44,128 nucleotides of DNA from Hydrurus foetidus (Eukaryota): positions 1-44,128 of the forward strand of contig UYFQ01000102.1 of assembly GCA_900617105.1 (NCBI GenBank). Direction: 5' to 3'. Below the pieces are notes generated by a model, which ran no database searches, had not been told where the DNA came from, and saw nothing but the letters and a program-made list of their open reading frames with translations. Made by a program: the position numbers and the translations under genes. Numbering within the stretch: position 1 is the stretch's first letter; every line of letters begins with the position of its first letter. This document shows, piece by piece, positions 1-11,700 of the stretch.

Positions 1-1
1 C

Positions 2-892
2 GTATACTTTTAATACATCAGCAATTTCCTCAGCAGTAAATGTCACTTTTCTTGAGCGAATGGTATTCAACACAGCGACTATTTCCTCATTGTCGTCACT
101 CTCTTCATCGCTACCGCAGGCCTCCCTTTCCTCTTCGGCAACTATTTCATTCTCTATGTTGCGTACGACGTCTAATGCATCATCTCCTGCAGTAGAGCCA
201 ACTTCATCTCCATCATTGAGCTTCTCTTTTTTTTTTGCTGTTTCTAGGGCACCTTCGAGATAGAACAAAACGTTCGAAGCACCGTAGTAGTTGGAAACGT
301 CATCTACAATTTGTTTCTTGATATTAATCAGCTGCCTTTTGCCTAGACTGCTTGAACATCTGGAACTTGTTGGGTGCAACTGAGGAGGAGGCGAGGGAAA
401 TCCGTCATGAGTTGCCATAACCAATTCAGCGAAGATTGCAGACGCGCAAGTGTACTTCGACGGCTCATATTTACAAATGAGAAGGATTCTGTCTCTAGTA
501 GAAACAATTCTGTCCATAGCTGCGTCGTCAGTGTCAGATTCTGACGAAGGCATTCCGTCAGTAGGTGTGTTGAATATCATCTCATAGCCCCTCATTCTCG
601 ATGGAAGGTCGAAGAATTCATCCAAAAGAGAAACATTCTTAGAATACATCGGTATCATTGTAATTCCAAATATTTCTAGTGCTTTACTGAAAGAAAATAG
701 ACCGTGATGTAGAGCTGTAGCCTCCAAGAAGAAGTTCAGATTCTTGCCCCCTGATTCCTTATTCAATTGGATAGCCAGCGCCCTAGCAGACCACTGGAAG
801 CTGCAATTTTCAGGCGTAACGATGTGTCGAACGAGAACAATCGAAACCATGAATGCAGCGTACTCTAGCTCCAGTTGTAACACTTTCTTCAT
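2..892 (-). CDS. Partial ORF (>=297 aa from first ATG) running off the left edge; unknown protein, possibly transposon-encoded
   Basis: Hand translation shows a stop-free frame from 967 to the edge: MKKVLQLELEYAAFMVSIVLVRH...acidic tract...RSRKVTFTAEEIADVLKVY. It is absent from the ORF track because it has no stop in the window. Upstream frames (970-1190) are broken. Confidence 0.6.
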   Translation of the reverse strand, partial: MKKVLQLELEYAAFMVSIVLVRHIVTPENCSFQWSARALAIQLNKESGGKNLNFFLEATALHHGLFSFSKALEIFGITMIPMYSKNVSLLDEFFDLPSRMRGYEMIFNTPTDGMPSSESDTDDAAMDRIVSTRDRILLICKYEPSKYTCASAIFAELVMATHDGFPSPPPQLHPTSSRCSSSLGKRQLINIKKQIVDDVSNYYGASNVLFYLEGALETAKKKEKLNDGDEVGSTAGDDALDVVRNIENEIVAEEEREACGSDEESDDNEEIVAVLNTIRSRKVTFTAEEIADVLKVY

Positions 893-1379
893 GGCTATGG
901 TTGTTTTGACGCTGTAAAACTGGAATTCACATTTTCGAAGTAAGATAACTTCTAAACTTGAGGGACTTCAAGGAACATGACAGCTGGCCATAATGTAGAG
1001 CTTTCTAGTTACTTAGATCTAGACATATTGAGACAAACCATTTCGATATTCACCTTGAGAAAATCAAATTCGATATTATAGTTCTTCACGGCAAGCTGAA
1101 CACATTACGGAATGCTCCTTGTTTCTCCGAGAAATTTGCAGGGTCTAATGGTAGCGCTTCAAGCGACCAGCAGCAATTTTCAGAAGTCCATTACTCGCAG
1201 TATGAGATAAGTTCTTTGCAACTGAATGTGAAAGTGCTGGTGAGATGAATGTTGTCATACACAAGGGAATTTGGGTCGATTGCGTCCCAAACGTACAAAG
1301 AATAGGGGACTAGACGGTACCAAAGTGAAAATCCCCGGAATTTCTGGTGCGCATATACTCTAATAAAGTGTAAAATGAC

Positions 1380-1489
1380 GGCAAATTTGCCGCAGTATTT
1401 TGGGTTGGACGGCAGGTGACGCGGCAAATTTGCCTCAGTATTTTGGGTTGGACGGCAGGTGCCGCAGAAATTTGCGCGGCAAATTTGCC
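1380..1489. repeat. Subterminal repeats: 43-bp tandem duplication and three GGCAAATTTGCC palindromes
   Basis: Palindromes at 1380-1391, 1423-1434 and 1478-1489; CAGTATTTTGGGTTGGACGGCAGGTG occurs twice. Confidence 0.9.
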
Positions 1490-1702
1490 GTACTTGCTGC
1501 GGCAAGTCCCCCACGGCAAGCAGCCCTAGTAATTTCCAATGCGCAAACACTCTAGTATCTCATACCGAACACAATTCACGGGCACGGGTGAAATGCAAGG
1601 CTCCGCAGGTCGCTGGTATCACACTTCGGCACTTTCAACACAACATCAATAGCAGCCCTGCGATCGTAGGTGCGCACAGTCGCCAAAGAATTTTACGTCG
1701 AC

Positions 1703-4700
1703 ATGGAGCCGTTCCTTCTATTTTTCTCTGCCCTACTCAGCAGTTTCTTAACACTATCAACTTCCTCCAAACTGAATGATCATCACATTGATGACAACAA
1801 AGCAGCTGAGTTGTTATCTGTACCGTCGATTTTCACCACGAGAACTGAAAGGACTTTCGACAATTATGGAATCTCATCGAAAGCCATCAGTGAAGGATAC
1901 GTAACTTACAGTTACTACCGTTCCGATCGAGGAGTAATATCATGCGGAAATTTCGTCTACGCATCTACTACGAAGTTGAACACCTGTCAAGCGATTAAGA
2001 ACACTTATTATAGCGACAGCTCCTTGATGACTGTTGCTAACGGAACAACAATTGTAGTGACGAAGTACTCCGATTCAAAGTGCCAGAACCGTTTTCAGAG
2101 TTCCGCAACAGCTTACGCGGCAGGCTTGTGCGTCGAGTCGTCAGACAGAACTTCCTTGGTCGTATCAATTTCCAAGAAGATATCGACGGATCTCACAGCA
2201 CCTCGAGTGACGCTGGCGTAAGTGCATCATCGTCATTGTCGATATCATCATGTGTTGTATATATTTCAGTGGCAGGTACCTACCTACCTACCTTACTCGC
2301 TCTACAACAATCCTTTTATATAGTTCCTCGTTTCCTGCCATTCATTCATCTTCGCAGCGGATACTCGACCGGCGACGGATCGTGTCCGGCGGTGCTAGCT
2401 CAAACACACGGTGATACGTACCTGCTGGACCATTGTGTGGACAAGATGAAGTACACATTGTCAGGTATGAGTAAGAGCACCATATTCCATGAATGCATCT
2501 TAGTAGGACTGTCTTGGATTATTGATCGGGCAGTGTCTAGCAAATATGTCTGCTTCACTGCAATTATGCTCAACAACCTGCAGCGCACGGCACACAGCTT
2601 CACGAGAGTCGAATGCTGTGAATAAGATGAATCTCACTCCATGTTCACGACTAACTGACTGACAGGGTCCACTGTGAATCTCGCCACGTACGACGATGAT
2701 TTCTGCCAAAGCGACACATACATGATGGTTGTGCAGGGAACCATCGGAAAATGCGCCAAGGACGGCAACGGTGCGCAGACGACGTTTATTAGCACTGATA
2801 CAGCCTTAAGTCCGACTGCGGCGCCGACTGTATTTCTAGACGGATATGCGGCTTCTAGCTACTATCGCTCCGATCGAGGGGTGATTTTATGCAACACTTT
2901 CGTCAGCGCCACAACGGAAAAACTGAACGCCTGCAGAGCCATCACTCATTCCTGGTCACACAATTCGATAATGGTAGTTGCCACAGCTACACACATATTC
3001 ACAAGGAGGTACACCGACTCAAAGTGCCAGAATCTGCTCAAAACCGCCGTGATAGTCTATACAGCAGGCTTGTGCGTCGAGTCGTCAGACAGAACTTCTA
3101 TGATCAGATCAGTAACCGCGAAGATATCGACGAATCTCACAGCACCTCGAGTGACGCTGGCGTAAGTGCATCATCGTCATTGTCGATATCATCATGTGTT
3201 GTATATATTTCAGTGGCAGGTACCTACCTACCTACCTACTTTACTCGCTCTACAACAATCCTTTTATATAGTTCCTCGTTTCCTGCCATTCATTCATCTT
3301 CGCAGCGGATACTCGACCAATGACGGATCGTGTCCGGTGGTGCTAGCTCAAACACACGGTGATACGTACCTGCTGGACCATTGTGTGGACAAGACGAAGT
3401 ACACATTGTCAGGTATGAGTAAGAGCACCATATTCCATGAATGCATCTTAGTAGGACTGTCTTGGATTATTGATCGGGCAGTGTCTAGCAAATATGTCTG
3501 CTTCACTGCAATTATGCTCAACAACCTGCAGCGCACGGCACACAGCTTAACGAGAGTCGAATGCTGTGAATAAGATGAATCTCACTCCATGTTCACGACT
3601 AACTGACTGACAGGGTCCACTGTGAATCTCGCCACGTACGACGATGATTTCTGCCAAAGCGACACATACATGATGGTTGTGCAGGGAACCATCGGAAAAT
3701 GCGCCAAGGACGGCAACGGTGCGCAGACGACGTTTATTAGCACTGATACAGCCTTAAGTCCGACTGCGGCGCCGACTGTATTTCTAGACGGATATGCGGC
3801 TTCTAGCTACTATCGCTCCGATCGAGGGGTGATTTTATGCAACACTTTCGTCAGCGCCACAACGGAAAAACTGAACGCCTGCAGAGCCATCACTCATTCC
3901 TGGTCACACAATTCGATAATGGTAGTTGCCACAGCTACACACATATTCTCAAGGAGGTACACCGACTCAAAGTGCCAGAATCTGCTCAAAACCGCCGTGA
4001 TAGTCTATACAGCAGGCTTGTGCGTCGAGTCGTCAGACAGAACTTCTATGATCAGATCAGTAACCGCGAAGATATCGACGGATCTCACAGCACCTCGAGT
4101 GACGCTGGCGTAAGTGCATCATCGTCATTGTCGATATCATCATGTGTTGTATATATTTCAGTGGCAGGTACCTACCTACCTACCTTACTCGCTCTACAAC
4201 AATCCTTTTATATAGTTCCTCGTTTCCTGCCATTCATTCATCTTCGCAGCGGATACTCGACCAGCGACGGATCGTGTCCGGCGGTGCTAGCTCAAACACA
4301 CGGTGATACGTACCTGCTGGACCATTGTGTGGACATGACGAAGTACACATTGTCAGGTATGAGTAAGAGCACCATATTCCATGAATGCATCTTAGTAGGA
4401 CTGTCTTGGATTATTGATCGGGCAGTGTCTAGCAAATATGTCTGCTTCACTGCAATTATGCTCAACAACCTGCAGCGCACGGCACACAGCTTAACGAGAG
4501 TCGAATGCTGTGAATAAGATGAATCTCACTCCATGTTCACGACTAACTGACTGACAGGGTCCACTGTGAATCTCGCCACGTACGACGATGATTTCTGCCA
4601 AAGCGACACATACATGATGGTTGTGCAGGGAACCATCGGAAAATGCGCCAAGGACGGCAACGGTGCGCAGACGACGTTTATTAGCACTGATACAGCCTTA

Positions 4701-7700
4701 AGTCCGACTGCGGCGCCGACTGTATTTCTAGACGGATATGCGGCTTCTAGCTACTATCGCTCCGATCGAGGGGTGATTTTATGCAACACTTTCGTCAGCG
4801 CCACAACGGAAAAACTGAACGCTTGCAGAGCCATCACTCATTCCTGGTCACACAATTCGATAATGGTAGTTGCCACAGCTACACACATATTCACAAGGAG
4901 GTACACCGACTCAAAGTGCCAGAATCTGCTCAAAACCGCCGTGATAGTCTATACAGCAGGCTTGTGCGTCGAGTCGTCAGACAGAACTTCTATGATCAGA
5001 TCAGTAACCGCGAAGATATCGACGGATCTCACAGCACCTCGAGTGACGCTGGCGTAAGTGCATCATCGTCATTGTCGATATCATCATGTGTTGTATATAT
5101 TTCAGTGGCAGGTACCTACCTACCTACCTTACTCGCTCTACAACAATCCTTTTATATAGTTCCTCGTTTCCTGCCATTCATTCATCTTCGCAGCGGATAC
5201 TCGACCAATGACGGGTCGTGTCCGGCGGTGCTAGCTCAAACACACGGTGATACGTACCTGCTGGACCATTGTGTGGACAAGACGAAGTACACATTGTCAG
5301 GTATGAGTAAGAGCACCATATTCCATGAATGCATCTTAGTAGGACTGTCTTGGATTATTGATCGGGCAGTGTCTAGCAAATATGTCTGCTTCACTGCAAT
5401 TATGCTCAACAACCTGCAGCGCACGGCACACAGCTTAACGAGAGTCGAATGCTGTGAATAAGATGAATCTCACTCCATGTTCACGACTAACTGACTGACA
5501 GGGTCCACTGTGAATCTCGCCACGTACGACGATGATTTCTGCCAAAGCGACACATACATGATGGTTGTGCAGGGAACCATCGGAAAATGCGCCAAGGACG
5601 GCAACGGTGCGCAGACGACGTTTATTAGCACTGATACAGCCTTAAGTCCGACTGCGGCGCCGACTGTATTTCTAGACGGATATGCGGCTTCTAGCTACTA
5701 TCGCTCCGATCGAGGGGTGATTTTATGCAACACTTTCGTCAGCGCCACAACGGAAAAACTGAACGCCTGCAGAGCCATCACTCATTCCTGGTCACACAAT
5801 TCGATAATGGTAGTTGCCACAGCTACACACATATTCTCAAGGAGGTACACCGACTCAAAGTGCCAGAATCTGCTCAAAACCGCCGTGATAGTCTATACAG
5901 CAGGCTTGTGCGTCGAGTCGTCAGACAGAACTTCTATGATCAGATCAGTAACCGCGAAGATATCGACGGATCTTACACCACTGCGGTTCACAGTTGTGTA
6001 AGTGCATCATCGTCATTGTCGATATCATCATGTGTTGTATATATTTCAGTGGCAGGTACCTACCTACCTACCTTACTCGCTCTACAACAATCCTTTTATA
6101 TAGTTCCTCGTTTCCTGCCATTCATTCATCTTCGCAGCGGATACTCGACCAATGACGGGTCGTGTCCGGCGGTGCTAGCTCAAACACACGGTGATACGTA
6201 CCTGCTGGACCATTGTGTGGACATGACGAAGTACACATTGTCAGGTATGAGTAAGAGCACCATATTCCATGAATGCATCTTAGTAGGACTGTCTTGGATT
6301 ATTGATCGGGCAGTGTCTAGCAAATATGTCTGCTTCACTGCAATTATGCTCAACAACCTGCAGCGCACGGCACACAGCTTAACGAGAGTCGAATGCTGTG
6401 AATAAGATGAATCTCACTCCATGTTCACGACTAACTGACTGACAGGGTCCACTGTGAATCTCGCCACGTACGACGATGATTTCTGCCAAGGCACCAATGC
6501 GGTCATCTCTGTCGTCGGGACCACCGGAAAGTGCATCAAAAACTACGAAGGCGCGCCAACGACCATATTCGTCACTCTCGCTAGTCCAAGCGCAGAACCT
6601 TCAACCGTGTCACCAACAATCTCACCTAGCTTGGCAGCAATAACTGCACCACCCAGCGTGACAAGGATAACTGCACCACCCAGCGTGACAGCGATAACTG
6701 CACCACCCAGTGTGACAGCGATAACTGTACCACGCAGCGTGACAGCGATAACTGCACCACCCAGCGTGACAGCGATAACTGCACCACCCAGCGTGACAGC
6801 GATAACTGCACCACCCAGCGCGATAGCCAGTCCATCTCCTTCGGATGTTGTAATTGTCCCTCCTAACGCTCCACCTTCAATTGTGATCATTGTTCCTCCG
6901 ACGCAAACAACAGTACCACCAAACATATTACCTCCGACACGGACAACAGCACCATCCGAACTTGCGAATTCAATAATACCAACTCTTACCCCCAGCAGAC
7001 CTACTATTTTGCCAACTTTTGATCCAACCCGAACACCCACAACTGTTCCAACTCCTTTTTTTACGCCAGTCCCTACAATACTGTCAATTCCTTCTCCTTC
7101 TCCTACTCTCGCCCCTACAGTACTGTTAACTCCTTCTTCCAGTGTAGATCAAGTACCAGTCTCACAATTTAATTCTCCTCCCACTGAAAAGACTGAGACG
7201 AACGTTTGCTTTGCTGGTTCAGAAACCGTGAGGCTTGGGCCGCATGAGGTCAGGCTGATCTCTGACATCAAGGTCGGAGATCGTGTATTAGCCGCTGATG
7301 CTGCAGGGCGATCATTCTACGCGGATGTGGTGTTCGTGCCCCACGGACCCAACACGCAGAGATCAAGCTTCATTCACATCTCCACTGCGACTGGTAAAAG
7401 CGTCAAGATGACCTCAATGCATGTCATTCCCTCTGGACCTTGCCAATCTCCAGCACGTATGCCACTTTTATACGCATCAAACGTGCGTGTCGGCGACTGC
7501 ATCATGACTGTGTCGGGTGTGGAGGCAGTGTCTGGAGTGGATACTGTGCAGAGCGAGGGACTCTACACCATCGTGACCACCGCGGAGTATTTAGTCGTCA
7601 ACGATATCATCGTCTCCCCATTCGGTGCCAACCACATGCTTGCCAATCTATTCTATAATATTCATCGGTTTGTTTATGCGTCAGCTCCAAGCATGTTAAA

Positions 7701-7896
7701 GTGGACACGCCTTCACTCTGCAAACGAGGTAAGTCGCAGTCCTAAAGCCCGCTCAAGAATGGGCTGAAAGTGTTCATCTCCTCCACAACCTCTTCATCAT
7801 TCTGTCGTTTGCTAATCCTGATATTCTTCGCCATCGTTATCATCCTTCATTCAGGCGCTCGGATCGCTCCTTCCAGTCTTTGGATACTCAAATTGA
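1703..7896 (+). CDS. Secreted Hint/Hog-domain autoprocessing protein: signal peptide, ten 4-Cys modules, Pro/Thr/Ser stalk, Hint domain, short C-terminal helical region; 12 exons, 1452 aa
   Basis: Exons 1703-2217, 2358-2464, 2666-3161, 3306-3412, 3614-4109, 4250-4356, 4558-5053, 5194-5300, 5502-5997, 6138-6244, 6446-7728, 7855-7896. All junctions are GT..CAG and phase-compatible. Hydrophobic N-terminus MEPFLLFFSALLSSFLTLS. Hint motifs: CFAGSETV (Cys 7207-7209), IKVGDRVL, TSMH (TxxH), GLYTIVT..LVVNDIIVS. AATAAA follows the stop. Confidence 0.9.
2115..6489 (+). repeat. Intragenic tandem array of 944-bp units (intron 140, exon 107, intron 201, exon 496), about 4.6 copies
   Basis: GTAAGT donors recur at 2218, 3162, 4110, 5054 and 5998. 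One unit is 948 bp owing to an extra CTAC in the intron. Copies are nearly identical, introns included. Confidence 0.97.
6637..6819 (+). repeat. 27-bp coding minisatellite (AITAPPSVT, ~7 copies) in the mucin-like stalk
   Basis: GCGATAACTGCACCACCCAGCGTGACA repeated: six full copies and one partial. Confidence 0.97.
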
Positions 7897-8711
7897 AATA
7901 AATAAATACTGTAAATTCCGGTGTCTCTCCTAGAGTGGGGATTCGCACGTCTCAACAATAATTAATGGAGAATAATACGATCTCTTCGTACCTCGTGGTA
8001 ATGTGCAAACTACCATGACTAAAGGGCACTGTAGGCTGAACACTTAGATAGTCGTACTATTTTTTAGATAATTCCGGTTCACTTTTCATACTTCCATGGA
8101 GAACAACATTCGGATTCATCAAGTTCCCTGCAGGAATATTTCGTATTTGTAATTTATCGAAGAAGTTTTGAATAAGTAGTAGTTAGTTAGTTAACATATA
8201 TTTAAGATTTGAAAGCATGGATGCCTTGTAAGGACTGAGGAGAACGTTTTCGTGAAGTGAAGAGAAGTGAAATAACATACGTAATCACTGCAATTAATTT
8301 AATCGCATTAGTCAAGTTGAACCTAACTCCTTAGGTGAGAGAAATCCTTTTACGAACAGTAACATAATATAATATACTGACTCCGTCTAAATCTCTGACA
8401 CAATTTTCTGACGACTATCGGCAGCACGAAATGCAAACTGATCTCAATCGCACAAAATTGAGCATGAACTTTAAACAAAACGTCATGACGAGACCCATGG
8501 ATGATAACCCTGCACAAAATCACCCACTTTACGCTGCTCGCCTGGGGTACTGGACCCGTCCTTAATAACCGGAATATTACGGCTGCAATGCATTAGTCGT
8601 TTGTGTTGGTGTGTGTCTAGTCTGCACTTTGCAAGTCATATTGTATCTTGTGTAGTCACATACTGATACTAATACTGTTACTGATACTGATACTTGTCTC
8701 ATTAATGATTA

Positions 8712-11700
8712 ATGGGCTCTGTCAGAACGAGATTTGAGACTATTTTCAATTCAGAGCTGAACATGTACTTCAAGGATGGTCTTATTCGCGATGTCGATAG
8801 TATTTGTCGTACCTGTCATCGGCAATTATTTATGAATAATTCGATAAAGAATGAATCATCTCGTGGGGGATTTGGTGGTGACGATGATGAATTGGATTCC
8901 ACTGACGATCAAAGTAATGAGTCGGAGGGTAGCGCATCTATTTGTCCTAAGATGTGCTTATTTCTAGGTTTATTCGCTGGATCTATCCCTAACGAGCTTA
9001 AAGATTTGACATCTGTTGAGGAGAGCATGATATTTATCTATAGTGCTGTTACTAATATAAGTTTGGCCGGTGGGAAACACTTCAAAGTGCGGGGCGCCAC
9101 CTGCTACACAATTATTAATGACTTGACTGGCGTCGCTAAAGAGCTACCACGTATGCCAACTGTTAACTCTACGGCTGTACTGCAACATGTCAATACAAAA
9201 CTATCCAAAGAGTATACTTATCGTCCTAATCGGGTCTATAATGCGTTGAACTGGTTGAAACGTAACAATCACTTACATGAGGATGTTAAGTTGAAGTGGT
9301 CGCCGGAAATTATGGAATGGGCTAATACGGAGTGTGTTGACATTCCTTCCATTGATGTCACTGATGAGGAAGAACTTGAAATCGATGAAGGTGCAGTTGC
9401 TAGTTCGTATCCTGGTGAAACGCCTTCCTCTAATCCAGGTATATAAATGTTTCATCCAGATCTTGTGTATAAAGATATATATTGTATATTATTGACCCAC
9501 TAATATTATTTTTTGTACTATAATAGCATCTAGTGGCCAAGAGCATGAGTTGCTTTTGGAAGCACCAAATACTTTGGTTTCACTACTGGAGGATATTCGG
9601 AATGTGTTGGTCGAACCTACTTCCAAGTCATTTCAGCGTACCGATAATCATCAATTCGTGTGTCAATATAAAAATCCTGAATATTATTTACCTCGATGTT
9701 TTCCTACTATCTATCCGTATGGGCGTGGGTGTCCTAGTGATTCTATTGCAATGTGATATCAATGGCGAATTATGTTAAACATATGTTATGTCTTGGTGGT
9801 GGTCCAGACGCTCGTAGATTTCAGCAGAATGCTAAATTTATCTTTACCATGTATACCATGGAGATGAGACGGAAAATTGGTGGTGTTGCATTTCTCGCTC
9901 AACGGAAAGACTACGATGAAGAAAGTATGGATGATGCACCTAGTATAAAAGATATCAACGAGTTATTGTCGTACTTAGACTCATCGAGTTATAATACTGA
10001 AGTCACTAATGATAAAGTAGAAGCCGCCGCCAAATTCTCTGTTGATTCTATAGTTGATTCCGAGAATAATGGAAAAGTTAATAAAAAGATTAATTCCGTA
10101 TTCCAAATCATTACAGGGGTCTACTTCCCAGATTGCTCATGAAAGGGGAAAATTAATGGCTATGATACCGTCACCTATAATTTGTAATCACGGTTCATGG
10201 CGTTTATTCTTCACCACCGCTCCATCAGATCTTTACGATAGTCGTTTCTACGATGTAGTCAATATTCCTATAAGTGAAAGTTCTGTTGAATCTTGGGGCT
10301 CGTGTCATATTAAGGTTAGCTTACTATTGATTACTTATTCGTTCATTCTACTTGATCGCATTCCTCATTTTACAGACTCGCAGTTTAGTGGCTGCAGATA
10401 GATGATGTCTCCTTCGGAGACATCCAGCCACGATGGCACGGTTATACGATTCCAAACAGAGTTGCCTATGGCAACATATACTTCTTGGTAAAGCTCGACC
10501 TTTTGGACTCATAACCGATTATTGGCGTAGGGTCGAGGTACGTTTCTTTTTTATTTATGATTATCGTTTAAGTATGTATGTAACTACATGACCTATCCAT
10601 ATAGCATGTTCATTTTCGATTATCATGCCAAATTTTTAATGTTTCCCTCATTTTCATTTTTATTTAATTTTAATTTTAATTTTCATTTTATCTCATTTTT
10701 CATTTTCATTACATACCCGTATATCAAGTTTCAGGCACGTGGTACACCTCATGTCCATAGTTTAATTTGCATATCGAACCTCGACGGAATCGATAATACA
10801 TCTATAGTTACAATCCGAACAAGATAAAGTTAAATGGTACGTCCAAGGTGTGGTATCTTCCAATTTCGTAGCTAATCCTCTTCGTACCGAAGATAGCTCA
10901 TCACTGTCTAGAGACGATGTTCTAGTGGAGACGGATTATAATTGGAATCCTGATAAGGACTATTTTCCTGATGATCACATCCCATGTCGGGATAATTTCG
11001 ATCCATCATTGAACTACGAGAGGTCTTGTAATGGGGATTTTTTTAGTGTGCAGGTTCAAGAACAATATCGCCGTTTGCAAATTGCCAATCAGTTTCATAG
11101 ATGTTGTTTCACATGTTTCAAGTACTGTCATAAGCATGACAAAGTGTGTCGTTTCGGATTTCCATGGACGTCAATGGAATGCTTCTTCGGTCCTATAACC
11201 GTTAAGGACCGTGACAAGAAGAGTCGAGTTTGTGTTTCTGTATTGCCTCAGAGGAATGATGCATACATAAATCGGACTTGTTTTGCCCCGCTAATAACAA
11301 TTGCTCATGGGGGAAATCATGACCTGCACTATATCGGCAATACTGTTGGTGCCGCGGAGTATGTCGCATCGTATGCTTCTAAGTTCGAGGAGCCTGATAA
11401 AAAGGTCCTAACCAACATATTTAATAAGAAAATAGCTTATCTGTCGAAGAGTGCGTCTAATGTTACAGATCGGGATCGGTTATACTCTGTTGGGTGTGCT
11501 TTGTTGGGTAGTAGTCCTGTCGGTTCAGTTCAGGCGTGCTATAGTCTGTTGGGCCTTAAGTTTGTGGATTCATCGCGGAGAGTCCTTCACGTCAATTCTT
11601 TACATCGTCCGTATTTACTATTTGTATTAATATTGAACACTTCATTGTATAAATGATATACTAACTCATTATTTTCTGACCTATTTTAGGAGACTCTGTT

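Larger units (their letters stand above)
1..1528 (-). mobile_element. Terminus and 5' part of a probable hAT-like DNA transposon (other end outside window)
   Basis: Minus strand begins TAGGGCTGCTTGCC at 1528, matching the hAT TIR consensus YARNG. Clustered subterminal repeats follow (GGCAAATTTGCC x3), then an inward-reading ORF. The second TIR and the TSD are not visible. Confidence 0.5.

Noticed and set aside
2080..6405. Track ORFs of 135-226 aa (e.g. 3837-4517) and minus-strand 62-69 aa ORFs in the array
   Set aside because: They read through introns or off-frame exons. Only the 107-bp exon part is in the real frame.
6543..7040. Minus-strand 165-aa GGAVIAVTL-repeat ORF
   Set aside because: Antisense shadow of the AITAPPSVT minisatellite.
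7207..7640. Self-splicing intein or true hedgehog gene
   Set aside because: No terminal His-Asn followed by Cys/Ser/Thr, no homing endonuclease and no Hedge signalling domain. It is a Hog-type Hint.
8540..8566. CCTTAA end resembling a Kolobok or piggyBac terminus
   Set aside because: No matching inverted end or transposase was found in the window.
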